A DNA stretch of 64,000 nt from Neocallimastix sp. 'constans' (Eukaryota), in NCBI GenBank assembly GCA_050613775.1, contig JBODTK010000152.1:62001-126000 (forward strand). Reading direction: 5' to 3'. Of this stretch, positions 11,566 to 24,900 are shown piece after piece. The notes beneath the pieces are model-generated. The model saw only the letters and a list, made by a program, of their open reading frames with translations, was not told where the DNA came from and ran no database searches. The position numbers and the translations under genes are program-made. Within the stretch, counting starts at the first letter, position 1; every line of letters starts with the position of its first letter.

Positions 11566-13610
11566 ATGTCTGATGTAATCATTCATAGTATGGACTACGT
11601 CCTGACAGAGACCAATTATAAAGATTAGTACGAAGATTTCAAATTAGAATTAGATGGGGTCGGACTTAGGGAATATGTGGAGAAAGATAACGAAGAGATT
11701 ATAAATGAAACTGTAAAAGAAAACACAAAAATAGATTACAATAACAAAATACAATAAATTTTATTTTATTAAAAAATTTTTTATTAAAATATATTTTATT
11801 AATATTTAATATTTATTTGTTAAAAATAACAATTACATCCAGAAAAAATGTGAAAAGTATCTTCTATTTATACTTTTCCTAAATACATTGATAATATATT
11901 ATTTTATTTAAATTACATATATTTTAATATAAAACTATCCTAATGAATTTTATTAAATAATAAATTTATAAACTATAACTAAATTTAGAAAAATATAATT
12001 ATTAATTAAACTAAATACTAAATAATTAAAATTAAGTACATTTATTATCTATTTATTATTTTAATATTATAAGTAAAGTCTTTATTTATTTTCGATTTAA
12101 AAACAATGTTAAAGGAGTCATGATTAAATTTTGAAACTTAATTTTCACAAAATAAATTATTAATTTATTTTGTTTTAAACTTTAATTAATTCATTTAAAT
12201 TATTTTACAACAATAATTTTCTCAGAATTAAAATTTATAAAAATTATTACATTAAAAATTTATCTTGTGGCTTAAAGAATATAATTCAAAAATTTAGTTC
12301 ATATGATTTATTTACTTTGTTTATTATTTTATAAATCAAAGAATAATTTACATTTTTGAATTACACAAGAAAAATTTTTAATTTAAAATGTGATTGGGAT
12401 AATCACATCTTTACAGAAACTACCGCCAAGTATACTGATAAACACACCGGACTCTCTGAAAAAGGGGAAGAGAAAATTAGGAAGCACAAGATGAACAACT
12501 CAAAGGTCATCAGTTTCACCAAAATGTCTGTGAATTCAAAAATCAAAGCGTTTATAAAGAGTAAAACAGAAGAAAAAAAAATCAGTTTATGCATTAATAA
12601 AGTTACTTGAGAAGAAATATAAGGAAGAAGAACTGAATGAAATCCCCAAACTCTATAGAAAAAAAAGAAAACTTAAACGCCAGTAATGAAAAAGAAGTTA
12701 TAAACTACATTGATGAATTTTTGGAAATCAGGAAAATTAAGTGAGCTAAATATAAAACTTAATAATAGAGAAAAGTTAACTTATTTATACAAAGGACTGC
12801 CCGAGAAACAAATAAACTTTTTAGAAATTAGATGCAGTATCTCTGACGACATAGATAAAATTTTAGAAGACATGAAAAAGCAAATCAGAAACCGTCAGAC
12901 ATACATTCATGAGGATGAAAAAGAAGTATAATTCATTTCCAGGAATGACAGCAGAAGTAAATTTAGTAAATTGAATACTAACTATAATAAACATGGTAAA
13001 AGTGAATACCATCACTCTAAACATTATAATAAAGAGCTTAGCAAAAAAAGATATAGTCAAAATAATAATTATTATAGAAATAGTAACGATAATTTCTGTA
13101 ATAATAGTTATAATAGGAAAAATTATTCAAATAAAAAATGTTACTTTATATGCAATAATGAAAATCATCTAGCTTTTAAATGCCCGTTTAACTCTAAAAA
13201 TCCGAATAACAAAATAAAAGTCATAGCTAAGAAATTTAGTCAATTAAATCTGAGAGAAGATGAACTAAATGATATTGAATTTTGCTATGATAATGATACA
13301 TCATCATCTGAAACTGAAACAAGAGAAATTAACTCAATAGAAGTTCAAAGTTTAGGAGAAGAAAGTGAAAATGAAGAAATTCCAGAAATCCCTCTTTATG
13401 AAACCAATAATTTAAGCCTCATCAACGGTCAATACACCCCAAAAAATGCTGGAAGAATAACCAAGAGTATCTCAAGAGTTGATAATATTATTGATAAAAT
13501 AATTCCGCCAATAATTAATAAAATTGTCACAAATGACGAAAACAAGGAAATAATTAAACAATATATTGAAACTAATTCGTGTAATTGCATAGGTGTTCCA
13601 TCATTGTTAT
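11566..13610 (+). pseudogene. Ty1/copia host element, part 1: degenerate gag with zinc knuckle
   Basis: MSDVIIHSMDYVLTETNYKD*YEDFKLELDGVGLREYV resembles a copia gag N-terminus; knuckle C..CNNENHLAFKC. Interrupted by a solo LTR (11712-12415) and by element A at 13611. Confidence 0.7.
11712..12415 (-). mobile_element. Solo LTR (related to the LTR of element C) inserted in copia gag
   Basis: TG...CA ends and TSD gaaac (11707-11711 / 12416-12420). The reverse strand begins tgtaaagat and shares cacaagataaatt with the C LTR. Confidence 0.85.
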
Positions 13611-13627
13611 TGTAACGAATCCTAAAG

Positions 13628-14600
13628 TGTAATAATCATACTAAGTTCTATTACTAAATATGATAATTAACTTCAACTTAATGACTAATTCATTAAGTTG
13701 AGAAATAAAATAAAAATAAAAATTTTACCTAAAAAAGAGTTTATTATAAAATTAATTATAATAACAACACAAAAAGTAAAAGAAGGAATATTTGGATAAA
13801 TTTGGTTTAAAAAATATGTTTTTGAATAAAATGTTTTATTAATTTATTAAAGTTTAAAATATAAAATTGCTATTATTATAACTATATTTTTATAATAATA
13901 ACTCTTGATTTCTTAAAGGGAAATCAAGAGCCTTATTTATATTTTTTTTATGGAAATAAGGTTAAATAAAAAGGGTTTTCTAATCTTAAAAAATATCTTA
14001 TCTAGAAAAAGATTAGAAGAAAAAACTAGATAAGTTTTTTGATCGATATTCTATTCATATCGATCATCGTATATATTAAGTAAAACCAAATATGTTATTT
14101 TATATTTGGATAAAACCTTAATATATCGATTTCCTAAATTTTAATTTAGATCATCAAATAAAAGGAAAAATCAATAATAACCGGAATGATCTAAATTATT
14201 CTATTTTTCTAAATATTATTTTTAAAATCTAATCTAAACTTATTAACATAAAACTATCTTTAAACTAGAATACAGAATTATAAAAAATACAGAAACTTAT
14301 TAATTGTTCTTTTAAATGTACAATGTAAAAAATAAATAAAACTAATGTTTACATTAACTTGATAATTAAATGAATAACTAAATAAAATTAATAATATTAA
14401 TAAGTGTACATATAATAATTATTTAAATAAATTTTCTAATATTATTTAAGTGTATGAATAATTACAATTATAATAAATTTGATAATAATATCTCAATGTA
14501 TGAATTAATTATAATTTAAATAAATTTATAATTGTTATCAATAATTATAAAGACTAAGAAATAATAATTATTTATTAGTAAATAATTATTATTTCTTACA
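13628..14600 (-). repeat. 3' LTR of element B
   Basis: tgtaataatc...atttcttaca. Shares motifs (aactcttgatttc..aaatcaagag; aaaagattagaagaaaaa) with solo LTRs I, K, N and O. Confidence 0.85.
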
Positions 14601-14609
14601 TTGCTCCAT

Positions 14610-17600
14610 TTATAATGATGGTTCTTCCAGTTCTTTATTTCTTTTTACGTAAGGCTCCAACTGTGAGATATGAAATACCGGATGGAGTCGTAAATTTTCC
14701 GGGAGTTCCAAACGGTAGTTCATTCTTTCCCTCTTTTCGATGATTTTAAACGGGCCTAAATATTGAGAGGATAATTTCTTAGCTGGTTCATTTATAAAAT
14801 AATGTCGTTTAAGATAAACTAAATCATTGACTTGAAAATTGGGGCCAGTAGATTTTCTTGTATCACCATATTTTTTAAAATCTTCTTTGGCTTTGCTTAA
14901 ATGTTGACGAAGAGCATCAAAATGAGCAGCCCAGTCTCTTGTAAGAACTGAAGCATTATCTTTAAGTAAAATAGGAGGAGAATCAATAACAGCATTAGGA
15001 TGAAAGCCATAGTTAGCAAAGGAAAGGAGAATGACCAATAGGCTTGTTCATCGAATTATTATAAGCAAATTCACAGAGGGGTAAGTAGAAGCACCATTCA
15101 CTTTGAGCAGAAGAACAGTAGCATCTAAGATATTGTTCAATGACTGCATTAGCTCTTTCCACTTGACCATTTGATTGCTGATGATGAGCTGTAGCAAGTC
15201 TTGGTTTAGCACGAACAGCGGAGCAAAGAGAAGTCCAAAATTCTGATGAAAACTGGGAACCATGATTGGATACGATGGTTTTTGGAAAACCATGATATTT
15301 AAAAACATTAAACAATAGGAGCTTGGCAGTAAGATCAGCAGAAGGGACGTCGGCACAAGGCACTAAATGAACCATTTTTGTTAAACGGTCAGACACCACC
15401 ATTATGCAAGTACAGTTTTGCGAAGTTGGCAGGTAGACAATAAAGTCGACCCCTATTACTTCCCAGGGTTTAGAAGGAATAGGAAGTGGTTGTAACTTAC
15501 CATAGGGTTTATGCCTGCGGATTTTACTTCGACAACAAACATCACACGATGCAACATAATTCTGTACGTCTTTCTTCATATTGGGCCACCAGTAGTACCT
15601 TTGAAGTTTTTCAAAAGTCCTATCTACCCCCTGATGCCCACTAGTTGGTGCGTCATGGAACGATTTTAATAGCCTAGCCTTTAACGCGGATGGGACAATA
15701 ATACGTTTTTGAAAGTGAAGTACACCTTCAATGTAACTGAACAAAGAACTTTTTAACTTTTTATCATGTTGTTTGATTTTTTTAAGAATTTCATTGCAGT
15801 ATTTATCAGCTTTTTGGGCTTCAATTAAACCGCTAATATTATCGCTAATTGTGTAACAGAAAGCTTTTTCACTAATAACTGACTGCGAAACAACCGGAAT
15901 ATCTTTTTTATAATCCGGCCTTCTTGAGAGTGCATCTGGTTTACCACCTTTAGCACCGGGTCTATAAGCTACCCTGAAATCAAACTTGGAAAGGAATAAG
16001 CTCCAACGAATTTGCCTTTGATTTAAGTGTTGGGGCTTCTTTAAATATAACAGATTTTTATGATCGGTCAGGACTTGCACAGGGAACTTGGCACCTTCTA
16101 GATGGTGCCTCCAGGTATCAAAAGCAGTAATAATTGCAAGGAGTTCCTTGTCATAAATAGTGTAATTTAACTCAGCTTTATTAAGGGACCTGAAGTGGAA
16201 AGCAACTGGATGAAGTAAATTATCCTTATCCCAAACCTGAGAAAGGACGCAGCCAATAGCAAAGTCACTAGCATCCGTTCCAACTATGAATTCTTTATCA
16301 TGGTCTGGGAATATTAAGACTTCATCAGTTTCAAAGGCACTCTTTAATTTATTAAATGCAGAATCAGCTTCATCGTTCCAAATAAACTGATTTTCTTTTT
16401 TGAGTAGCTTCTTTAATGGTTCCATGTTTTTTGCAAAGTTTTTAATAAATTTTCTGTAAAAATTGCACAAACCCAGGAAACTTTGAAGTTCCTTTAAATT
16501 CTTAGGGATTGGCCACTCCAAAACCGATCTTACCTTGTTTCTATCCATTCTTAATCCATTAATAGATACTACGAAGCCAAGAAAAGTGGTTTCTTTAACA
16601 TGAAACTCACACTTTTCCAATTTTGCATAAAGACCATTCTTAATTAAAAGAGAAAGCACTAATCTGACATGCTTAACGTGATCTTCTAAGTTCTTTGAGT
16701 AAATTATAATGTCATCTAAATAAACTTGAGCGCAAGTTCCAATGACTTCATCAAGAACGTCTTGAATAAAACGTTGGAAAACCGAAGGGGCATTACGAAG
16801 ACCAAATGGCATTACGAGATATTCATAATGACCAAGAGGAGTTCTAAATGCAGTTAAATATTCATTACCTTCTTTTACTCTGACTAGATTGTAAGCGGAT
16901 CTGAGATCTAGCCGAGTGAATATTGAAGCTCCTTTGAAAGACTCAATCAAATCACTGATTCTTGGGATAGGATAACTATTACGTATTGTAATAGCATTGA
17001 GTCTTCTGTAATCAACGACAAGCCTTAAAGTTCCATCATGCTTCATAACAAAAAGAATTGGAGCACCTGCGGGAGATTTAGATTTTCTTATAAATTTTTT
17101 CTTCAAGTTTTCTTTAATGTATTTCCTTAAAGCCTTTAATTCTTTAACGGTTAACGAGTAAATCGGGCCATAGTAGAGTTGTCCTCCAACAATAAGATCG
17201 ATAGAAATATCATACTTCCTGTGTGGAGGAAGTTTCTCAGCTTCTTTCTTTTCAAAAACAATTTTGAGATCAGAATAAAATTTTTTAATAATCGATTCAT
17301 TTCTTGATTTTTCTTTGTTGCCTTCAGTAGAAGTATCCATTGCAGCACAGACATCCTCGTAGAGTTCATCTTCAGAAATAGTAGTAGGAATTATGGAATC
17401 CAAAGTTTCTTTAGCAGTATAAGGGTCCTCATCCAGCATTGGAGCTGTAATATTAGGATTTTGAATAATAAATTTGTTTTTCCTTGATGAAGGACAATGA
17501 GATCTACAATGTTTTCCCAAAAAGTAGATTTTATTCCTTTTATAGTCAATGAAAGGATTGTGTTTTCGTAGCCAATCTCTACCCAAGATACCATTGACTC

Positions 17601-18717
17601 CTTCAAGTGATATATTTCCAATGCAAAATTCAAAATTCTCAGAGTGATCCAAAGTCTTCAATTTAAGTGGTTTAGTGGTTTGCTTAATGGTCATGCATTT
17701 GTCATTAGGCAACTGAATCTTAATTGGAGAAGAGAGACCAGAAGTAGGGATTTTATTAGCATTAACAAAATTCTTGCACAAGAAACTTCTGCCGGAACCA
17801 GAATCAATAAGAATGTTAGCTCTAAGGTTTTTATTATTACAGGAGATGAAGAATGTAGTTGTTACTGTTAATCTTCCCGAAGGAGTGTAATTAGCTGACA
17901 AGATTTCCTTATTTGGCTTGTTTTTTCTGAATTTAGATTTCTTAAAGCGGTTCTCCGTTTTTGTAAGTTCTTTTCTTTTTCTGTGGAAAGACTTACTAGC
18001 TTTACTCTTATTATCGGATTTATGACGAATGCAGCTTTCAAGATAGCATTTTTTGTCAATACCGATAATTGTATTGGTAGCTTCAAACAAGGTATCGGGT
18101 TTATTAAGTTTATCAAATTCTTCTCGAACCCGATCTACGAGACCCTTTCCAATGATATCGATTAGTACTTCGTCAGGCCATCCCAAACGTCTAGCTAACC
18201 TTCGGAACTCAATAGTGTATTCGGCAGCTTCACCAAGACGAAGCTGTTTTAATCTCCAAAGTTTGTCCATAATTACATACTTTTGTTTTTTCTCACTACC
18301 CGAATCAAAATTTTCCAAAAGAAGAGCTTTGAATTCATCAAATCTTAGGGATTTTAAAGTACCAAGTAAAGAGAGACCCCATCTTCTTGCCGTCCCTGCA
18401 AGCTTATTTATTACAAATGAATTTTTTGATTCGTCGTTTCTAAAGGAATCTGGGTGTTCCTTAAAGAAATCTTCGCTTTGAATGATGGTTTCGAGGACAG
18501 TTGGTTTACTTTTTCCCTCGTTTTCTTTAACTAATATTCCTCCTGGAGAAAAGAATGCAGGAATGAAATCAGTAATAGCTGTAATGAGTTTGGAAGCACT
18601 GCTGTTCTGGGTGATGTGATTTGTAGTGAGATTATTTGGGTTATTATTAATATGGAGATTATTTGGATTATCATCCTCTACAGTGAGATTATTTGAGATA
18701 TCACTATTGAATTCCAT
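14610..18717 (-). pseudogene. B gag-pol polyprotein (Gag, PR, RT, RNase H, IN) with one frameshift near 15020
   Basis: LIDSGS protease, YLDD RT, TDASD RNase H, HHCC and integrase core in ORF 15013-18717. The GPF tail is in ORF 14610-15038 and ends without a chromodomain. Confidence 0.92.
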
Positions 18718-19284
18718 CTTCCTAAATCTAAATATTAAATTGATAAAATAAATAATAAAATAAAGATAAGTGTAATATGTAATATATGATAAGTAAATAT
18801 AAATAATTATAACAGCAAAATTATTATAATTTCATAATTAAGCTTCTGAATTGATTATTAATATTTTAAGTTTTATTAAAAAAATTATTTTGCATGCTGC
18901 TGTTCACCAACCGGCTTGGTCGATGAGCTGAATGTAGATTTCAGTTCTGCCAGCGAGGGCCAGGATGCAAAAAATTTTATTAATAAGAGGCTCAAAACAA
19001 AATAAGCAAGACTTTCCTTAATTATTCAATTATAAAATTTTCTCTCTGAAATAATTATTAAATAACTTATTATTTTTAAAAATTATAATTTTCCATCATT
19101 AACTATATTTATCTAATAATTTATTTAATTTACTAACTATTTTATTTTATATTTTGTTTATTTATTTTTTATATCAATTCGTTGATACTCATAATTAATT
19201 TTTTTTTTCTTTTTTAAATTATTAATTTATTCAATTTATCTATTTACTAATTATTTCATTCATTTATTACTCTAAGGACTAGCC

Positions 19285-19430
19285 AAGGAAATCTACCAAC
19301 TCAAGAAATCAAGGAAATCAAGGAAATCAAGGAAATCAAGGAAATCAAGGATATCTACCAACTCAAGAAATCAAGGAAATCAAGGAAATCTACCAATTCA
19401 AGGAATCAAGGAAATCTACCGAATCAAGAA
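19285..19430 (+). repeat. Short tandem repeat (caaggaaat units), probably in the leader of element A
   Basis: Repeated caaggaaat / ctaccaactcaagaaat, similar in wording and orientation to the leader repeats of C. Confidence 0.75.
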
Positions 19431-20502
19431 GATTTATTATAAGGCGAAATAAAAATAAAATAAATTAAATTACAGATACTATTCTAAACAACATCTCGCA
19501 TTAAATAGTACTCTACTCTCCGAATAAATATTTATTTTAATTATAATTAATTTTAAATTTCTTACGTTATATATAAAGGCTTGCCTGGCTCCCAAAGCGA
19601 CGATAGTTGAGCATCGTTACCATAATACTTTGTCGTTCAGATTCTGTTGATAACTGGGGAAGATAATTTGTTGTACTTTTTCATGCTAACAAAAGTTAGA
19701 TACAAACAAAAATACAATTACATTACTTCCTGTAAAGATATTATTAATATCTTTAAATAATTTTAATTAAATTTAATCATAAATTTAAGTAAAATTAAAA
19801 TAAATTTATTTGAAATCACGTGTATAAAATTATTGAAAATATTTTTAACATAATTTCGATTTTTTTCCCAATCATACTAATAAATTAAAAATTTCTCTTG
19901 TGAAACTAGTATTTGAAAATCATTTCTTTTTATGTAATTTAATTTAAATAATAAGAGTTAAGGTTTTTCACAAGATAAATTAACAACATGAAACTATGCA
20001 ATTAGTCATGTTGAAACTTACGGCATTTTATGCTAAATTTATATCAAATAATTATGACAACTTTTATATTATTTTTAAATAGAAAATATATAATAAATTT
20101 ACTAATAATATTTAAATAATAAATAAATAATAAATGAACTCAATTAGAATTGATTATATTTATTTTAGTTATTAATTATAATTCTCTTTATTTAGTAATA
20201 GTTAATTATTTATTATTAGTTTAGGTTAGTACTGTTTTAAATAAATAGCTAGATAATATAATTCAATAGGAATTATATATTATAAATGCAATAAGATAAA
20301 AATATAAATAGTTATCAAATTTCATGTATTTTAATCGATGTAATTGTTATTAACGATTTCTTGTTAATAACACTTTAAAATAAATAAAGATTTTAATATT
20401 TAAAAAATTAATAAAACTTGTTCTTTAAAACTATTATTTTGTGTTTTAGTGTTATTATTGAAGTGTTGATTTATAATCTATTTTTTTTATCAAAACTTTA
20501 TA

Positions 20503-20513
20503 ATAACAATTAC
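20503..20513 (+). promoter_or_regulatory. Self-priming PBS of element C
   Basis: ataacaattac directly after the LTR is the exact complement of gtaattgttat (20340-20350), which lies about 30 nt downstream of TATAAATA (20303). Confidence 0.8.
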
Positions 20514-20714
20514 CTTTTAAACAAACAAAAATACGTTATAAATCAATAAAAAATATTTAAAACACGTGACTCTTTTGTGGCTTATTTGTGGCTTGAATCA
20601 AGATATTTTTACCAGATATTTTTACCAAGGATTTTTAGAAGCTACCCACTTTTGACACTACCGACTTTGGAATACTCACAATTTTAGATTATTGCTACCA
20701 GCTTTAGGATATCG

Positions 20715-21490
20715 CTACCAGTTTAAGGAAATATTCTACTCGATTTAGGCTAATTCTACCAGTTTAAGGAAATATTCAACTCGATTCAGGCTATTCTACC
20801 AGTTTAAGGAAATATTCTACTCGATTTAGGCTAATTCTACCAGTTTAAGGAAATATTCAACTCGATTCAGGCTATTCTACCAGTTTAAGGAAATATTCTA
20901 CTCGATTTAGGCTAATTCTACCAGTTTAAGGAAATATTCAACTCGATTCAGGCTATTCTACCAGTTTAAGGAAATATTCTACTCGATTTAGGCTAATTCT
21001 ACCAGTTTAAGGAAATATTCAACTCGATTCAGGCTATTCTACCAGTTTAAGGAAATATTCTACTCGATTTAGGCTAATTCTACCAGTTTAAGGAAATATT
21101 CAACTCGATTCAGGCTATTCTACCAGTTTAAGGAAATATTCTACTCGATTTAGGCTAATTCTACCAGTTTAAGGAAATATTCAACTCGATTCAGGCTATT
21201 CTACCAGTTTAAGGAAATATTCTACTCGATTTAGGCTAATTCTACCAGTTTAAGGAAATATTCAACTCGATTCAGGCTATTCTACCAGTTTAAGGAAATA
21301 TTCTACTCGATTTAGGCTAATTCTACCAGTTTAAGGAAATATTCAACTCGATTCAGGCTATTCTACCAGTTTAAGGAAATATTCTACTCGATTTAGGCTA
21401 ATTCTACCAGTTTAAGGAAATATTCAACTCGATTCAGGCTATTCTACCAGTTTAAGGAAATATTCTACTCGATTCAGGCTAATTCTACCA
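20715..21490 (+). repeat. Tandem array in the C leader: alternating 41/40-bp units, about 19 monomers, followed by a poly(A) of about 91 nt (21495-21585)
   Basis: ctaccagtttaaggaaatattctactcgatttaggctaatt alternates strictly with ctaccagtttaaggaaatattcaactcgattcaggctatt. Confidence 0.95.
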
Positions 21491-21587
<97 letters not shown>

Positions 21588-21920
21588 TTACCAGACTCAT
21601 ACCATACCATTTATCATATTGGGACACTTGTGCAAGACTTTTGAATAAAATTACCAGATTACGTGAGAAATCCATAATATTATTTGGAATTAAATTTTAA
21701 CCAGTAAGATACTATATTATAATATTCAGTTTACTCGACGGCACCACTACAATTGGAGAGAGCCAGTTCGACTTTACATACAATATTATAATAGAAATAT
21801 CTTTTTATTAGAACATCTATTTCAAATATCATTATTTAAAATATTCAAAAGTAAATAATAAGTTACAAATTGAACGAAGTTGAAGATTTAATTCAAAAAT
21901 TCGAAAACCTTGATTTAGAA

Positions 21921-24900
21921 ATGAACCAAGCAAATAATCAAGGCTTCTTAAGAAACACTCAGAAAACAGTAAATGATCCACCACTGTTTTCTGGTATCAA
22001 GAGGGAATTCGACGGGTTCCTAACCAGAGCCGAAATTGCTATGGAATCCAACCCACATGGAATTAATAATGACATCGCAAAAGTCAAATTCTTAATTTCT
22101 TATTTAATTGGAGAACCTTTAGACTGGGCTTCGTCTTTGAGACGCAACAATGACGAAATTTTGAATTCCTATGAAAATTTCATTAATGAACTTAGAGCTC
22201 GTTATGGTGAAGAAGAAGTTAATACTGTAATTGCTAATGGGAAACTTTGTTCAATCCGTCAACATAAGTTTGGCCGCGTTAACGATTACATTAATGAATT
22301 CAATAAAGTTGCAAGAAACTCAGACTTCAACGAGTCTGCAAAAATATACATGTTTATCAAAGGATTACATTATAAAATGAGAGAACATCTTGCCGTGGTC
22401 AATCCGAACCCAAACAATTTAAGAGCTTTGTTTACTGACGTTATTAGCATTGAGAGTTTAACCAAAAGACACAGTATTAATGAATTTTATTTTCATCAAT
22501 ACAATCACCGAAACAACGCTAGTTCCAGTACACAACTCACTAATAATGATCCCATGGAAGTTGACCTCTATCGAATCAAGAGAGGTCAAAGGAATACCAA
22601 CTATTTCCCATCCAACAAGAAATTGTACCAGGAGAATGTTAACTCTAAGGAAGAAGAAAGAAGAAAAGGTCTTTGCTACTATTGTAAGCAACCAGGGCAT
22701 CTTAAATTTAATTGCCCGAACAAGAAGAGGCCCGCTACAGTTAAAATGATCAACAAGAAAGAAAGAAATGATAATATTGCATCTACTAGCTTAAGAAGAA
22801 TCAGAAGAATCAACAGCCAAGAAGATATTTTGAAAGTCAGAAAAATTGTTGAAGAGCAAAACTCACTCTTGACCAAGAAAAGTAACATTATTGATTTTTA
22901 TATCAAAACAAACGATACAGAAGAAGTAAAGGCAAGAGTTTTGATTGATTCTGGATCAGATCTTAACTTTATTCACCCAGAATTTGCGAAGGCTTTTGGA
23001 ATCAAAACCCAACAAATTGAAGAACCATTCCGTGTTACTGGTCTTGGTTACGGAATATCAACAGTTAAAAAGGAAACGGAGAAGTGCATTTTACGTTTAA
23101 AAAATCACTTAGAAATCATTCAATTGTATGTACTCAGAATTCCTGATGTTGATATTATTTTAGGTCTACCTTGGATTGAGAAGCATTCGCCTTATAATTA
23201 CCACGACGCAAAGAAGATCTCCTTTGGCTCAGGATTTTGCGCTAGACACTGTAATAACGGTAAAAGAAAAAGAAAGAACAAGATCAAGAACAAGAAAAAG
23301 AACAAAGGAAAAGAATCTGCTACCGACTTGGAAGAAAATAAAATTATTGAAGACTCAAGAAAAAGAAAATCTTTCTTTGAATCCGATTCCGAATCTGATT
23401 CTGAAGAAGAAATTTCTATTCGTGGCCGCCGAACTCGTATTAGAACTTGTACTGAATTTATTAATAGTGATAGCGATAGTGATATTAATGATACTTTTAT
23501 GTTAGATAATTTTAGTGATAGCATTAGTGATAGCGATAATTTTAGTGATAGTGATGATATTATTGTTATGAATTGTGTTAGTAAAATTAGTAAAAATAGT
23601 TTAAAGATCTTAAAGAAAATTTGTGAATCAAGTAAATGTAAGAAATTAAATGTAATTGAAAAATGTAATAATGAAAATAATAATTTAAATAAAGATGATG
23701 AAAAGGTCGAAGTACCTGAAATCTATTTGATGTTTAAAGAAGTGTTTAATGAAAATAATTGTAATGTGTTACCTCCGCATCGTAATTATGATTGTGAGAT
23801 TAAATTAAAAGATAATTGTAGTTTATTTTATGGACCGTTGTATCCTTTAACTGAGACGGAGAGAGAAGAATTAAAGAAATATTTAGAAGAAAATTTAAAA
23901 AAGGGTTTTATTAGAAAATCTTCTTCTCCCGCTGGAGCACCTATTTTATTTGTTAGAAAAAAGGATGGTACATATAGATTAGTTATTGATTATAGAAAAT
24001 TAAATGAAATGACCATCCGTAACTCTTACCCTCTTCCTTTAATTAGTGAATTGTTGGATAGAGTTAAAGGTGCTAAATATTTTACTAAGTTAGATTTAAA
24101 ATCTGCCTATAACTTAGTAAGAATTAAAGAAGGTGACGAGTACAAAACTGCCTTTCGCACAAGATATGGGCACTTTGAATATCTCGTTATGCCTTTTGGG
24201 CTTAAGAATGCCCCTGCTACATTCCAACATTTTATAAATGATGTTCTCAGTGATTACTTAGATGATTTTGTAATCTCTTATATTGATGACATTTTAATTT
24301 ATTCTAATACTTTAGAAGAACATCATGTACATGTCAAGAAAGTTTTAAGAAAATTGTTAGAGAATCATTTAGTTGTTAAATTAGAAAAGTGTGAATTTGA
24401 TGTAACTGAAACTACTTTTCTTGGTTATGTTTTATCAAGAGATGGAATTGAAATGGATAAAGAAAAAGTTAAAGCAATTTTAGATTGGCCTGTTCCAACA
24501 AACGTTAAAGAAATTCAATCGTTTATTGGACTTTGTAATTATTACAGAATTTTTATTAAAGACTTTGCGAAAATTGCAAATCCTCTCCACAAATTAACTA
24601 GAAAAAATGTTCCTTTTAATTGGAGTTCTGAACAACAAAAAGCGTTTGATACTTTAAAAGAATTATTTACTACTGCTCCTATTTTGAAACATCCTGATAG
24701 CAACAAACAATTCATTGTTGAAACTGATGCTAGTAATTTTGCTGTTGGTGCAATTCTTTCTCAGGAATTTGATGGGCATTTGCATCCAATTGCTTTTATT
24801 TCTACTAGCTTAACTAAATCCCAAAGAAATTACCCTATCTATGACAAAGAACTTCTTGCTATTAAAGTTGCATTGGAAGGATGGAGACATTACTTAGAAG

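Larger units (their letters stand above)
13628..19200 (-). mobile_element. Element B: Ty3/gypsy retrotransposon without chromodomain, 5' LTR lost (right boundary approximate)
   Basis: 3' LTR 13628-14600 (TG...CA), minus-strand PPT taaatggagcaa, gag-pol on the minus strand. No second LTR found. Confidence 0.85.

Noticed and set aside
18895..18970. Hammerhead or HDV-like ribozyme
   Set aside because: No intact CUGANGA/GAAA core. The gccctcgctggc hairpin resembles HDV P3/L3, but I could not build P1, P1.1 or P2.
20715..21490. CRISPR-like array
   Set aside because: The intervening segments alternate between two fixed variants. It is a tandem repeat inside a retrotransposon leader.
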